Source: Marsupella aquatica
Taxonomy: Eukaryota; Plantae; Marchantiophyta
Length of the DNA stretch: 64,000 bases
Reading direction: 5' to 3'
Assembly: GCA_973895155.1 (NCBI GenBank)
Contig: OZ316898.1
Coordinates: forward strand, 20,223,292-20,287,291
The position numbers and the translations under genes are program-made. Below the pieces are notes generated by a model, which saw only the letters and a program-made list of their open reading frames with translations, was not told where the DNA came from and did not search any database. The stretch's first letter is position 1; every line of letters starts with the position of its first letter. Positions 1 through 12,000 of this stretch are shown here, in pieces.

Positions 1-2659
1 AAAACTATAAGACATATTAAGAGTGAGTGAAATGAATTAGTATAAGGAGACCACATGCAAAGGAAAGTACATTGTGACCACTGAAAAGTACAGTAGAGTT
101 CAATGGCACAAAGATGGTAATTTAATATATGTGAAAGTATTAATTCAATGTGTCTTATTAATGACTCCAATTCAATAAAAACTCTAAACTTAGGGGAACT
201 TAAGACACCAATGTGTTATTTAGAATCATATCTCACTCATAAGAAGAATTAAAACTTTGTTCAAGTGGTAGAAATTAAAGCCATTGGGTTCACACACCTG
301 AAATCTAAGAGATAACAAAGTTTAGAAATTAAAATTAAAGGGATCCAAAAATTACATGAAAGTTTAAATGATACAAATGATGGCTCCTGATATGGCAAAT
401 TGAAATAAAATACATGATGACACAAAAAATTTAAGTAAGACAAAATTTGAAAGGTAGATTTCACAATATATAGCAGCTTCCAAATTTGTTTCAAGGTTTC
501 AAATTAAAGACTAAAGAGTTACGGGTATGCACTCCCCTTTAATTTATAAATCAAGTTTTTAATTCTTTTATAATGGCCTTAAGGCCTTATGTCCAATTGA
601 CCAAGTGTTAAATTCCTTATAAGTGCCTTATCTACTATTGACCAGGATAGGTTTTATTTTAGTCTACTAGAGTCTTGTGCCTCTCAACTCAAGGAATACA
701 AACTACTTACAATAATATTGATTGTCTTGTCTTTGGTTAGTTGGCTTTGTTTGTTATGGCTTGGACTCTTGGGGTTGTGGAATTTTACTCTTTTTTAGTT
801 TTAGAGTTTTTTATTATGAAAACTTTGCAAGTAATATGTCATTGCAAAATAATTTCATGGTGGAAATGATGTCAAATGAATGCCGAAAAGATGTTCGATA
901 TTAAACATGTCCTTGCATAAAAGATGTATAATTCTGTGTAAACGATGCCCTTGAGCCAAGGATGTCATGGATAAAATTCCCCAAAATTTAAAAATCTTTC
1001 ACTAAACTCCAAAAAATTACCTTATACTTATGCGCTTCATAGGTTGGAAAAAAAGAAGTGCCTACTGCGGGCTCCCCTCCCAAGATAATATTAAGCCTTC
1101 CTAGCTTGGGCACCCGTATATATGCACACAATCCAACTTGACCAAAAAAGTCTAAAATGTATTTGACACGTCCCATAGTAACCTGGCTGCTGTACATTGA
1201 TCTCCTCCCAAGATAACAGGTCCTCCTTGGGCACGCAAGGCACACAATCGAACCTGACAAAAAAAGGTCTACAATGTATTTAACAGCTGTCAGGACCTCC
1301 ATTCAGGTTGGAGGAATTTCCTCCATTCAAGTTAACTTTGTAGCAGGATTTTATTCCCTCGGTTGAGCTTGTAAGCATGCATACCACTAACGTTTTGACT
1401 GGATTACATAATAATGTACTTTTGATTCTCATGAAACAGCTTAAAAGAAAAACTCACCAAAATGTATAATTCAGGGAAAAACAAAGTACAATGAAAGGAA
1501 AGAAAAAGTGTTCCAAAGTGGACAACACCTAACCAGAAAAAAGAAAAGCAAGTGTAAACCCTAAAAAGTAGAATAAAAAGAGAAAAGTGGCAAACACTAC
1601 ATGCGTGCAAACTCAATGACTAGTGCCCCAAAGTTCATGTAGGACACTCATGTTCATGTTCATGAGAAAAGCGTCAAACATGTTTATGAGAAAAGTGTCA
1701 AACACTACATTCATGAGTTCAGCAAGTGGAACAAGAATGTCCTCAAGGGGGACTAGCGTCTTGGGGGCACAATGGCGCCCAGTGTGAGGGATTGATGATA
1801 AATGGCTCCAACTTTAAATGGCCACTAGCCAAATAAAAGGTTGCTTCAACATTATTTTATTTTGTTCACTTTTAGTCCTCTAAATGTTCCATTTTTGGTC
1901 TCTAAATATACACTTTTTAACCCCAAAAGGTACACTATAGTACAATACTCTACACCTAAATTAATGGTCAATTCTAAACTTGAAGGGGCAAAAGGATCTT
2001 TACTAGAAGGAGTCTCATCTTAGTTTATTTACAAAGGATGAACATGGCGGTCTGTTTGATGGCCATCAAATTTTTTTCTTGCCCTAATGTACACTTTTTG
2101 AAGGCCAAATGTACACTTTCTATTACTTCAATGTTCATAAATTGAATAATAATATTAAAAGTGAATTATTGTCAATTAATCTATGCAGTTTGCAAGCAAG
2201 CTTTCCTTTTACACAATCATGGACAACCCAAAACTAAGCAAATGGATGCCCATAATTACCAGTGCATGGCCATATGTGGATTGATTTTTTCTCTGGTGGT
2301 GCCTAGCTTGTTACTCCTTCCCTTAATTGACAAAAGCATCACAGTCATGCGCAACACGGAAGACAAGGGGGATCTAAGTAACTTGGAATCTAAGTATACT
2401 GTTTAAAATTAAACCCTCAAGAGAGGTGAAACATATTCAAAGTGCCTATTTAACTGTACACTGTTATATATAGTTGATTGGAATGAGCTCAGTAGGCAAT
2501 CTAAACTGAAAGGCATGAAGGAGGGATCTGAGTCTGAGCCAGGTTTTGCACTCTCAGATTCAGACTGCTGTTGACTTCAGCTCAGTCCAGGCCAGGGTCA
2601 ATTAATCTACTCACACAAAAGAGTAATGCGGGGAGTAATGTACATTGTCCCCCAAAGTA

Positions 2660-3792
2660 ACCGCACAAATCTACAACGCTCATCCCAGTTCCCGATGTTG
2701 TTTCCAGCCAACCCGAGTTTGCCAAAACATAAACCAAGACTCTACTGTTTTGCACCCGCTCCAGCCCAATTAACTTTGTGTCATCAACTTCAGGTTTATG
2801 TTCTGGTACCCTTCACTTGTTGTCGCTAGCTCCAGGCAAGCCCAGGTCCCCAAAGCTAGCTGCTGCCCATTCCGGCCCAAGTTTGTCATAATGTAAACCA
2901 AGACTCCCACCAAGACTCTATCATTAATGATGACTCTCATCCAAAGTATTAGGCTTTGCCTGAACAGTTAGACTCTATTACTAAATAGGCATGACTCCAT
3001 TGGAAAGAATTGTTGCCAACATACGCATAAACCACTACTCCATTGGGAAGAAGCTCGGGGGTCTCACTATTAATATGGATACCTCCCCCATCACCTGCAA
3101 CATTTTTAGACCTCGGACCCCATAAAATGTAAGAAAAAATATTATTTTTCAACCCTTATAAAGTTGGAATATTCCAAAGATTTAGTTGACCCTAATGTTT
3201 TTACAAGTCTCAAAATTGTATTTAAAAGACCCTATTCTTAAGTCTTCCCTTTGAACCAATAAAATGACAATATTCTTCATCGTACGTGATGTGCCATTTT
3301 TGTGGAAGTGAAACCCCCAAGGGAAGAAGCATTTAGCAGAATATTAACCAAGACTCTATCAATCATGACTCTTAACCAAAGTTCTAGGCTCTGCAACACT
3401 TAGACTATGCTACAAAGCAAACATGACTCCATTGGAAAGAAGTGTTGCTAGGACATAAATCACGATTTCATAGAGAAGAAGCATTTGGCAGAACATCAAC
3501 CAAGACTATCCAATGATGACTCTTACCAAAGTAGGTATAGGCTTTGCAACTTACACTTAAAGTTTGTTACAAAACAAGCATTAATTTAACTCTCGTGTAA
3601 AGAGTGCTGCAAGAACATAAACAACGACTCCACAAGGAAGAAGTCAAGGGCACAAAGTTGTTTGGTCTAGAACAAGTGACAAAATGGTAGAGTCTTGGTT
3701 TATGTTTTGGCAAACTTGGGCCAAAGCGGGCAACAACATCGGGGACTGGGACGGGCAGTGTACGGCCCCCCAAAAAATGTGGGAGCATTAAT
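2660..3792. mobile_element. Second long-TIR element of the same family, containing a nested MITE A
   Basis: cccagttcccgatgttg...agtttgccaaaacataaaccaagactctac (about 2683-2744) is inverted at about 3688-3751; subterminal repeats are shared with 49062-51185. Confidence 0.6.
3054..3321. mobile_element. MITE family A (TIR CTCGGGGGTYTCACT), 8-bp TSD GGAAGAAG
   Basis: ctcgggggtctcact ... agtgaaacccccaag, flanked by ggaagaag at 3046-3053 and 3322-3329. Internal sequence is shared with 17833-18101. Confidence 0.85.
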
Positions 3793-4200
3793 TTGTTCTA
3801 GAACTAACTTGTTGTGTCCCCCAAGTTTTGCCTCAAAAATATTTATAACCTAAAATCTACTTTAGAGTACCCAAAGTCTTTCTCGATCCTGCCTTTCTTA
3901 AAAAAGGTACAATCTTGCCTTTCTTAATTAAAAAAGGTACAATTCAAGGGTATAGTACAGGGTAATGAACAGGTTGCACAACCCTCACCCAATCCACACA
4001 ATCTACAACCCTCACCCAATCCATACAATCTACAACCGTTAGTCACCCAATCATTTATTAGACAGTTTTGTCAAGAGAACTCCTTGATTTGAGAAAGATT
4101 GAGACAACTTGTATGTCTGAAGGCAAAAGGCCCAACAAACCTACCAAGATCCACAACAAATGAGGGGTCTGGACCCTGACATCCGACAGGTGTCACACCC

Positions 4201-4443
4201 TGTCACCCCGACCCCAGACCGCCCACACCCTGTGTCGATCCTGGCCCCGGCCTGTCTCGGCCCAACCCCTCCTGACCGGAGTCGCAGAACTACCTTAACA
4301 CTTAGCTCCGGCGTCGCTGATTCCGACGCTGAGCTCCCTTATGGTCCAAGCCCGGATAGACCATCCGGGGAGGACTTAGCATGGGGAGACTTGTGGGCAA
4401 TGAGATGTGGCACTAGCGAAGGCAAGGCGCCAAGCTGGTGACA
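4201..4443. mobile_element. Short solo-LTR-like element nested in an LTR-like region (about 4190-5600)
   Basis: Inverted termini TGTCACC...GGTGACA; flanks caccc / cacac (4/5 match for a 5-bp TSD); GC-rich retroelement-like surroundings. Confidence 0.4.
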
Positions 4444-5604
4444 CACACTAAGGACTTAGACTAGCTGAGCGCTGGTCAGGTCAAGGGGAAAGGGGCCGGG
4501 CTCAAGGTCAACCGTCCGGACCCCCAGATGGACTTTGAGTTCTGAGAGCTTGAGTGAGAGCTCCTCTTGGGCACAAGGCCAATGGAGTTGACGCCATGGA
4601 CAATGGACACTTGGGGCGCAAGTTATGGCCCAATCCGGGTTTGGCCAATTGGGGGCCCCGAGCGGTGATGAGATCTGAGGGCCTAGGCATGAGCACTGGG
4701 TTGGCCCGATCACAACGTGCTAAGGCACTCCGCTTGTGAACGCCTAACTAGGAAGTTATGGGCGTTGCCAGTTGGTGACGCGCCTAGACATGCAGGATAG
4801 GATCCGGGTTGTAGACCAAAAGTTGAGGACCAAAGTTCGTTCGGGGTGGGCAAGTCTCTAGAAGCATATATGAGGGGAGTGGTGTCTCCCTGGGGGCTAA
4901 GGGCGAGCCGAAGTAGTGAGCCGCGGCGGTGGCGACACTAAAGAAAAATGCCAAACGGAAACGACAATAACTTTCCAACGGGAAGTCCGTTGGAGGACTT
5001 CTTGTGTGCGTTGGAAAGATCTCGAGGAGGGCTACATCCTCCTGGGCTCAGCTGGGTCTGGGGGAGCCGTAGGTTCTCAAGGTTTACGGGTGTTATTTCA
5101 CTCGCTTGCCAAATCCTGCCGAAACAGCAGCCAAGCCGCGTTCAGTCTCCCAAGGGAGCTTGCATTAGGGAGGCAAGACCAAGTAGGCGTGGAGGTTGAG
5201 TTCCAAGGGTGCTTGGCTCCTAGACCATCAGTGGGGCGAGAATCGGGAGTTGGTTGCTAGAGTCGGGGCCATTTTGGTCCCAACGTGTAGGGACAAGTTT
5301 GGGACAAGCTTTAGGACAAGCTACGCTATTTGGGCCATGAACATGTCCTGGTCAGTCGATGATGGATAGGTACAAGGGGGAACCCGGGCCACGCCCAAGG
5401 AATGAGCAGTTCTAGATGAACAGTGGGCGTGAGTTCTGGTTCCGGTTCCGGCTTATGGCATCGGGAGGACCTATCGCTGACCTACTTACCAATGTGTGTT
5501 GAATTTGAGTTAGGATGCTAGACTTGGGGAGTTATAGATCCTGAATGGTTACTTACCAAGACGCTTGGTTGCTTGTGCAGACAGGGAGGACCGTTGAATA
5601 GCGG

Positions 5605-5911
5605 CCCGGGGTCCTCACTTCTTTTCTTCCGTCCATCATGCCCGAATAAGTATAAGGTTTTTTTTATTGGATTTAGTGAAATACTTTTAAATTTTTTTTG
5701 AAGAACATTAGGGCTATTTTAATCTAATTTTGAGAATTATAAGAATCATATAGGGTTTTTTTAATCAAATATATGAATATTTTTAGAATATTCCATTAAG
5801 TTAAGGGTAAAAGAATTCCTAAAAAAACTTTATTGACTTAACTTTTTGGGTGTATATTCCCCCAAAACTTTGAGTGTGATATGTGACACCCCTTGGATTG
5901 AGACCTTCGAG
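5605..5911. mobile_element. MITE family A-related copy (opposite orientation), degenerate 8-bp TSD
   Basis: cccggggtcctcact ... attgagaccttcgag; flanks aatagcgg / agtaacgg (6/8 match); AT-rich core similar to the reverse complement of 3054-3321. Confidence 0.65.
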
Positions 5912-6617
5912 AGTAACGGTTGTGTTGGAGAGCAAGTGCGGCTTCGTATAGGAAAGGCAACTAGTGATGCAAAGGGCACTAGGTTACTTGCTTGAGATAT
6001 TCCGTGGATTGAGACCTTTGGGCACCAGAGACACTTAAGCGTAAGTACTGGGATTGGTGAGGAGCTGGATGGCAAAAGTACACCACTACCGGCCAGGGAA
6101 TATAGGCAAATATGCGACATTTGACCCTTTTGGAGCCTACAAATGACAACGTCGTGTTTTAGTGTCAGAGGGGATCCAAAAGCCAAAAGCTTTATGTTGC
6201 TAATCTCTTATGTCATGAATGCACGACTTTGGGGACAACGTCCCGGACAAAGTCAAGATTCTCGGCGGTAGCCAGCGTTTGCACTCTCAAGATTCAGGCT
6301 CCGCTCGTAGACAGGAAGGAGTGGTCTGGATCTGAGCCAGCTTATTCACTCAACGGAACGAGTAGTCGATCTGGGTCTGAGCCGGCTTTTGCACTCTCAC
6401 AAGATGATGTTAAAAGTCTGAGCCCGTAATGACACTCTTACTAGATTCAGCCTTATTGTTCGATCTTTCAAGTATGCAATGTACCATTTCTCTAATTCGA
6501 ATGCCAGGAATTCCTTTTGCATGATGTTATCTCTACTGCACGGTATCTTCGAACGATCTCTTAGAACTTTTCTTAGTCAGGACTTAGTCGAAAAAATCAG
6601 AATCAATTATAATTAAG

Positions 6618-6802
6618 AGTTGACTTGAAACATTCAATCCCAACTAAATTGTGTAGAAGGTCCCCATCTTTTCCGGAAAGCCACTGGACTCTAGAGACCC
6701 AACAAAATTAATGAAATTTCTCTTTAATTTGTCGCAAGTCTTTGCTGGACTGTGAGTGGAACTAGTTGGCTCCCCAGCGTAACTATATATATGTAGCTCC
6801 AG
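6618..6802 (-). repeat. Diverged duplicate of the P450 upstream region 15562-15740
   Basis: Collinear shared blocks agttgacttgaaaca, tcccaactaaattg, cttttccggaa, ttctctt, tttgctg, agtggaactagtt, agctccag, in the same orientation. Confidence 0.8.
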
Positions 6803-9021
6803 TTCGATCAGTCGTCTAGAGTTGAATGTCGTCCATGCATGAATAAAGCTCCGGATCGAGCCACCGAAGTACGTTGACAGTCCTCCCCAATTCTAAGATT
6901 GACTTGATCGACATCCATGTCATCTGGTGGGTCCTTAACTCAGTGATACTAATAGCATCTGTGACTCAGTAAAGAAGTATTATTCTCTCACATGACTTAC
7001 ACACTCCGTGCATCCGGCCAGTGATGGAGTCTACCGGATGCCACCGACGTTTGTGTCGTGTTCCTTGCTACGGTCAATGATGCGGCCTTGATTTTGGTTG
7101 ATCAAAGCTTAAGAAGGTCTGGCATCATTCATTCTGCTCAGCGTAGAACAGAGCAATCGGCAGGGGGACGTCGGCCCGCAAACTTTCCATCATCTTAATG
7201 AAGTACGACCGAAGGCAAGCAGGTCCAAGTTTCACGGTGCATATTAGAGTTATAGGTTATGTCGCCAAATCGGTCAGTGTCAGTTGAGTCTTATTTAAAC
7301 ACATATCCGGGGTGAGTTGAGCGTCCTCTCTTCGTCCTCAGGATTCGAACTAGCAAACCCCTAGCGACTGAAACTGGCAAAAGGGATCAGAAGCCCTTAG
7401 CGATGTGCTTGGCTCTAAGTCACTAGTAAATCCAGTTCCTTTGGAGCAGAATGAGACACCTATGAGTTCACAGCGTGATCAACCAGAGTTTCATGATTCA
7501 ATTTGTGTGACAACTTCTTGACTATCAGTCATACTTTGGGTAGTGATGACCTTCCATTTCACCCCGTTTTTTGAACTTATAACTCTATTTGCATCATTCT
7601 TGATTCGAAATGGCTGGCCGTCCGAGCCGCTGCTACGTCCGATACAGAGTCCTCTTATTCTTTACTCATTCAAGAGTTTCTGTAACTTTAGATCCACGAT
7701 GTGCTGTATCACATACCTGACTGATGGTATTATTAAGATAAGTCTATCTCTACTACAGGTCCGAATCGAGTGTCTGGTAGAATCGGGGGTAGAATTCTGT
7801 GACAGGATGCTCTGTCTTCTCTTCTGATCGACTGCTATCTGTCGTCACCTTGAGTTACTTCAGAAAATGGTGTAAGGAACCAGGAAGTTTCTTTGTTTCT
7901 GCGCTATTTGCAGTGCTTATCGTGATGTTATCTGATACGCCCCAATCCCACTGTAACTCTCGGCGGATTACTCTGTTCTGATCTCTAGTGATTCCATAGT
8001 TCGTTTGGCGTACACTACTGTCTTATTTAGCGGTTGATCCTTTCCGCTTGCTTCCTTTTCGTTGATTTCTCTCTCACTGCCGTGTTGATCCCCGGCAAGT
8101 ATTTATGTGGGACCTTTCTCATTCATTCAAGACAAGAAAAGGATTCTTACTTCCTTTCAGCAGAGGCTCTTCGCCTCTTCCTCTCCATTTATATCTCCGT
8201 CGCTCCTCTACGTACTGATTAGATTCTTCCACCATTGTTGTCTTCTTGGGATTTCTTGTTCCTTACTCGAAACTGTGGCTACAACGTCATTGCATACTCT
8301 CCCGGTTGCATTATCCGTGATTAGACTATACAAGTAAGTTCTGCAAACTTTGGGAGTGCGTGAAAGTTTTGCTGTCAAGCTTTTATTTTATTTTTGGTTT
8401 GGAAAAAGAAACTACTCCCTGAAAGTTTAAGCCTCAAACAAAAATTCTGTTTGCAGTTGGCAAGCACCTTGTCTACCGATGGACATGGAGTTGGAGTAGG
8501 TCCTGGAGGTCTCATCCTAATTTTGGAAAGTCTCATCCTAACTAAGGACTATTCTAAAGCGCTCTCAGGATCAAAGCTAAGGCATTGTCTTGGATAAAGC
8601 CCGAAGTGCTTTGAGGGATTACTCGTGAAAAGGCTTTAAGGTGCTTCGAGCCCGACTCAAAATGTTAGGTAGCTGAAAACTTGCTCAAGGCCTTCACACA
8701 TCTGCCCAGGAAGTTCACACATTTCCCTGGAGAGCATTAGGCGTATATATACATATAACTGCCCTGAAAAATACAAACGAGAAAACCGGGAGGGCCTTAA
8801 GATCCGTAAGAGCCAGAAAGACAAGAGGTCAGGTCGATCTAAGCACCACCCATGATCAAACTTTGCTTCGTCTGTATATCGGCTAACATCCTGCCTGCCG
8901 TACTCGAGCTGTCTGTGATTCGCTCGCCCTATTAAGCTAGGTACTCTTTCAAGCGGTCACAGCTCAGACAATTCAAGGTGTTTTGTTCCAGCATAGCATG
9001 CCAGTTAATATCAGCCATTAA

Positions 9022-12000
9022 TTACGTCCGTCGCGAAATATGGATGGGGTACCCGCCAACTATTATCGGGAAGCTGTTGTACGCCATACCCCCATCAGGC
9101 CCTGCTCTCTCATATCTGTAAAGATAAGATAAAACACAACACATGAAGAATTTGAGTATCGAGTGTTTCTTAGAAATGCTTGTGTTGTGAATCTTGTCCC
9201 TCGAACTTAATTAGCTGGTCAAAACTTGCTTTAAAGAAAGTGACAACAATGCCGATATCAAAGCACACGAACAAGCAAATACTGGACAGTCACGTAATAT
9301 ATGACGAGTAAGTCCGATGACATATGCCGAACATGTTATGAAATCATCTAAAGGTGTTGGTCTGGCCGCTGCCATAACAACCTAAATTCAAGAACGACGA
9401 GATGGTCGGAGTACGACTTACTTGTAGGTTGTGGTGAGATGATGTACTAGAATGCAAAAAACCAGCTTTGTAAGTTCCTCCCCCGGGCACCGATGTCCTC
9501 CCAATCCGAATGGGAGATACGTATTTGGTTTGGGTGTAGCCTGGAATTTGTTTTCATTGAAGCAGTCAAAAGTTGCAGCAAGAGGTATATACTCACTACG
9601 TATTGATATATGCCAACTAACAGGAAAACCTCGGCTGTATTCCTATCTAGTTCGATCTCGCCCAATCCATACAGGGAGCATTAGATTTCCATTCCATCAG
9701 CCGGTACCTATAATTACAGGCGACACTAGCTTCAAACATAACGAAGTTTAGGTTTTAGGCAAGTATTCGTAAAATAATTATCAACAATATCGAAGCCTGG
9801 GAAAACTATGATCGACCCTGATTGAGTTAGCTGAATCCGCTACTGTCTACCGAAGAGAAATTCAAGTGATAACCTGAAAAGTTTAGGCCTAGGACAGATT
9901 AATCTATGATGTCGACTAGTGTTCAAATTGTCCGCGAAGATAAGTCTCCGCATACAGTCTTATCTATACTTAAACCAAGAGACTTTGACAGTGTAAGGGA
10001 CCCGTAAAGTCGACGGAAGCAGAGCACGACCCACAAAAGGCCCCACTAAAGTCGGGACTAAAGTCTTGTACAAATTCAACAAGAGCCTGCACTTTGGTAC
10101 GATTCCATTTCCATGACTGCAAGTTAATAGGCAAGGGTAATTTTCTTTTGCAATACGTTCATTACGATCGACTGTTGTGTAAAACTTTCAACTTGACCCT
10201 GGTCCGAGTTCTTTTCAAGGCCCCCCAAATAATTAGAAAAGACCCAATCTAGTACGCAGCTATGGTCCTGGAGAGCCATTGGACAGGCTAGTCATATACA
10301 GATATGAAGCTCAACAGACACATCGATCAAGTTTTGCGGAACTCACATCAAATCGGTCGGGATTAAATGTCATGGGATCTTCAAAATTGGCAGGATCATG
10401 GTGCACGTAGGTTAGCATTGGAATCACTCCCCATCCCTTCGGTATTAGGAAACCTGTGCGCAATAAAACAGCAAATTGTTTAAACTTAGTTAGTTAATTA
10501 ATGAGGAATCTCTCTGTCAACCTGATTGGGCCTAAAAGCATCTCCAGATCTTCGGTTGATTTAGACATCGACCTGCAAGTACGAGAATGAAATCTAGATC
10601 GATACTCAGATCAACTAGTTCGCATTCAATGAAATCATCTCCAACTCAACTCCATTCACGAAATCGAGGAAAGTGGCTAGCACGATGGGACTATCTCGGA
10701 ATTGATCCTCAGATGCCCGTATACATTCGAGGAGCAACAGCGAGCCCTAGTTGCGAGGGTGGTCCTTGCCAGGCTACTGACATATCGGGACTTCTAATAG
10801 CAGACCATGCTCAGCTGAAAGATTGCATGAATAAGCTTTGTGGAGACTAGGAGAAATTTGCTCACCGTCGTACACAACGTCTTTAGCTGCCTTTCTCGGA
10901 ATTAAGAAGGAGATTGACAGGATCCTTTGTACTTCTTGGTAGCACTGCACACCGAATTCCAGAGTTGTACACAAATTATAGGTTTTATTCCACCATTTTC
11001 ATCAAATGAATAGAGAATACATTGTATGCAAATTCCACCATTTTCATCAATAGAGAATACATTGTATGCAACTGGAAATGGAACAATCCTACTACTGAGG
11101 GTGTTGTCAGGCAGCGGGGACGGCTTTCGGTCCTTCTTTCATAGCCTTTAGCCGTCGCTCGACCCTGTTCTTATAATATTCCATCAAGGACAGAGCATAA
11201 CTCAGCGTGATAAGTTAACGAAAATCATCTGGTAGCAAACCAGGGGGTTTTAATTTTACGCAAAAACGCAGGATACATTAATTCCCGCATTAATTACCTT
11301 TCCCGTGTAGACCATTTTCCTCGTATCCTCCCAAGTAAGCCTTGGCCCGTCGGCAGACAGGCGGCCCTTAAAAATCTCTTGTTGCTCGGCCTGCACAGAT
11401 TAACGCACAGGATATATCATCCATGCAGATGAGAATTCTTAACAGGAATGTCTGTGTGAGATTCTTTCATGTTCAACAAGTTAGTTCGAGGGGCTGCATG
11501 TGTGAGCGAGATCACACCGGCGGAGGAGAGCCAGGCTACGAAAGGTCTTGAAGACAAGGCCAGGAATTCAGACCACCAGAAATAGTAAAAGCCACGGATG
11601 TATATTATTGCTTTGTAAACTTGTCTAATTGATAACACTGGCACGATTGAACAAATGACGACGCCAAGCAACAAATTGAGCAAATACTCTGAATATCAGC
11701 GACAGACTCCAACCGGACAAACAAACAAACAATCAAACAAAACGTAGAATGTACTCCACATGTACCTGAATCCGGCTGAAGACATCTGGGTAGTCCACAA
11801 GATACTTCAGTGTCCATGCCAAAGTCGTAGCCGTGGTCTTCAAGGCACCAAACCAAACTCCGACCATCTCGTCAATTATCTTACTTTCAGCGAAATATGC
11901 CACCTCCTCTCCTCGTGCTTGGGCTCGAGCTTCTAACATGATTCGTAACATATCAGACTCCGTATCCTCTATGGTCATTCTCCGTTCCACGATGGATTTC

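Noticed and set aside
7500-8340. Purine-rich minus-strand frames (e.g. SKNPFLVLNE) suggestive of a gag or LINE ORF1 relic
   Set aside because: No diagnostic motif could be established, so it was not annotated.
11111-11166. Minus-strand RVERRLKAMKEGPKAVPAA* looked like the P450 C-terminus, suggesting an internally deleted pseudogene
   Set aside because: The true exons 6-9, including ExxR and the heme Cys, lie at 9022-10944 and splice in frame; this stretch is intron 5.
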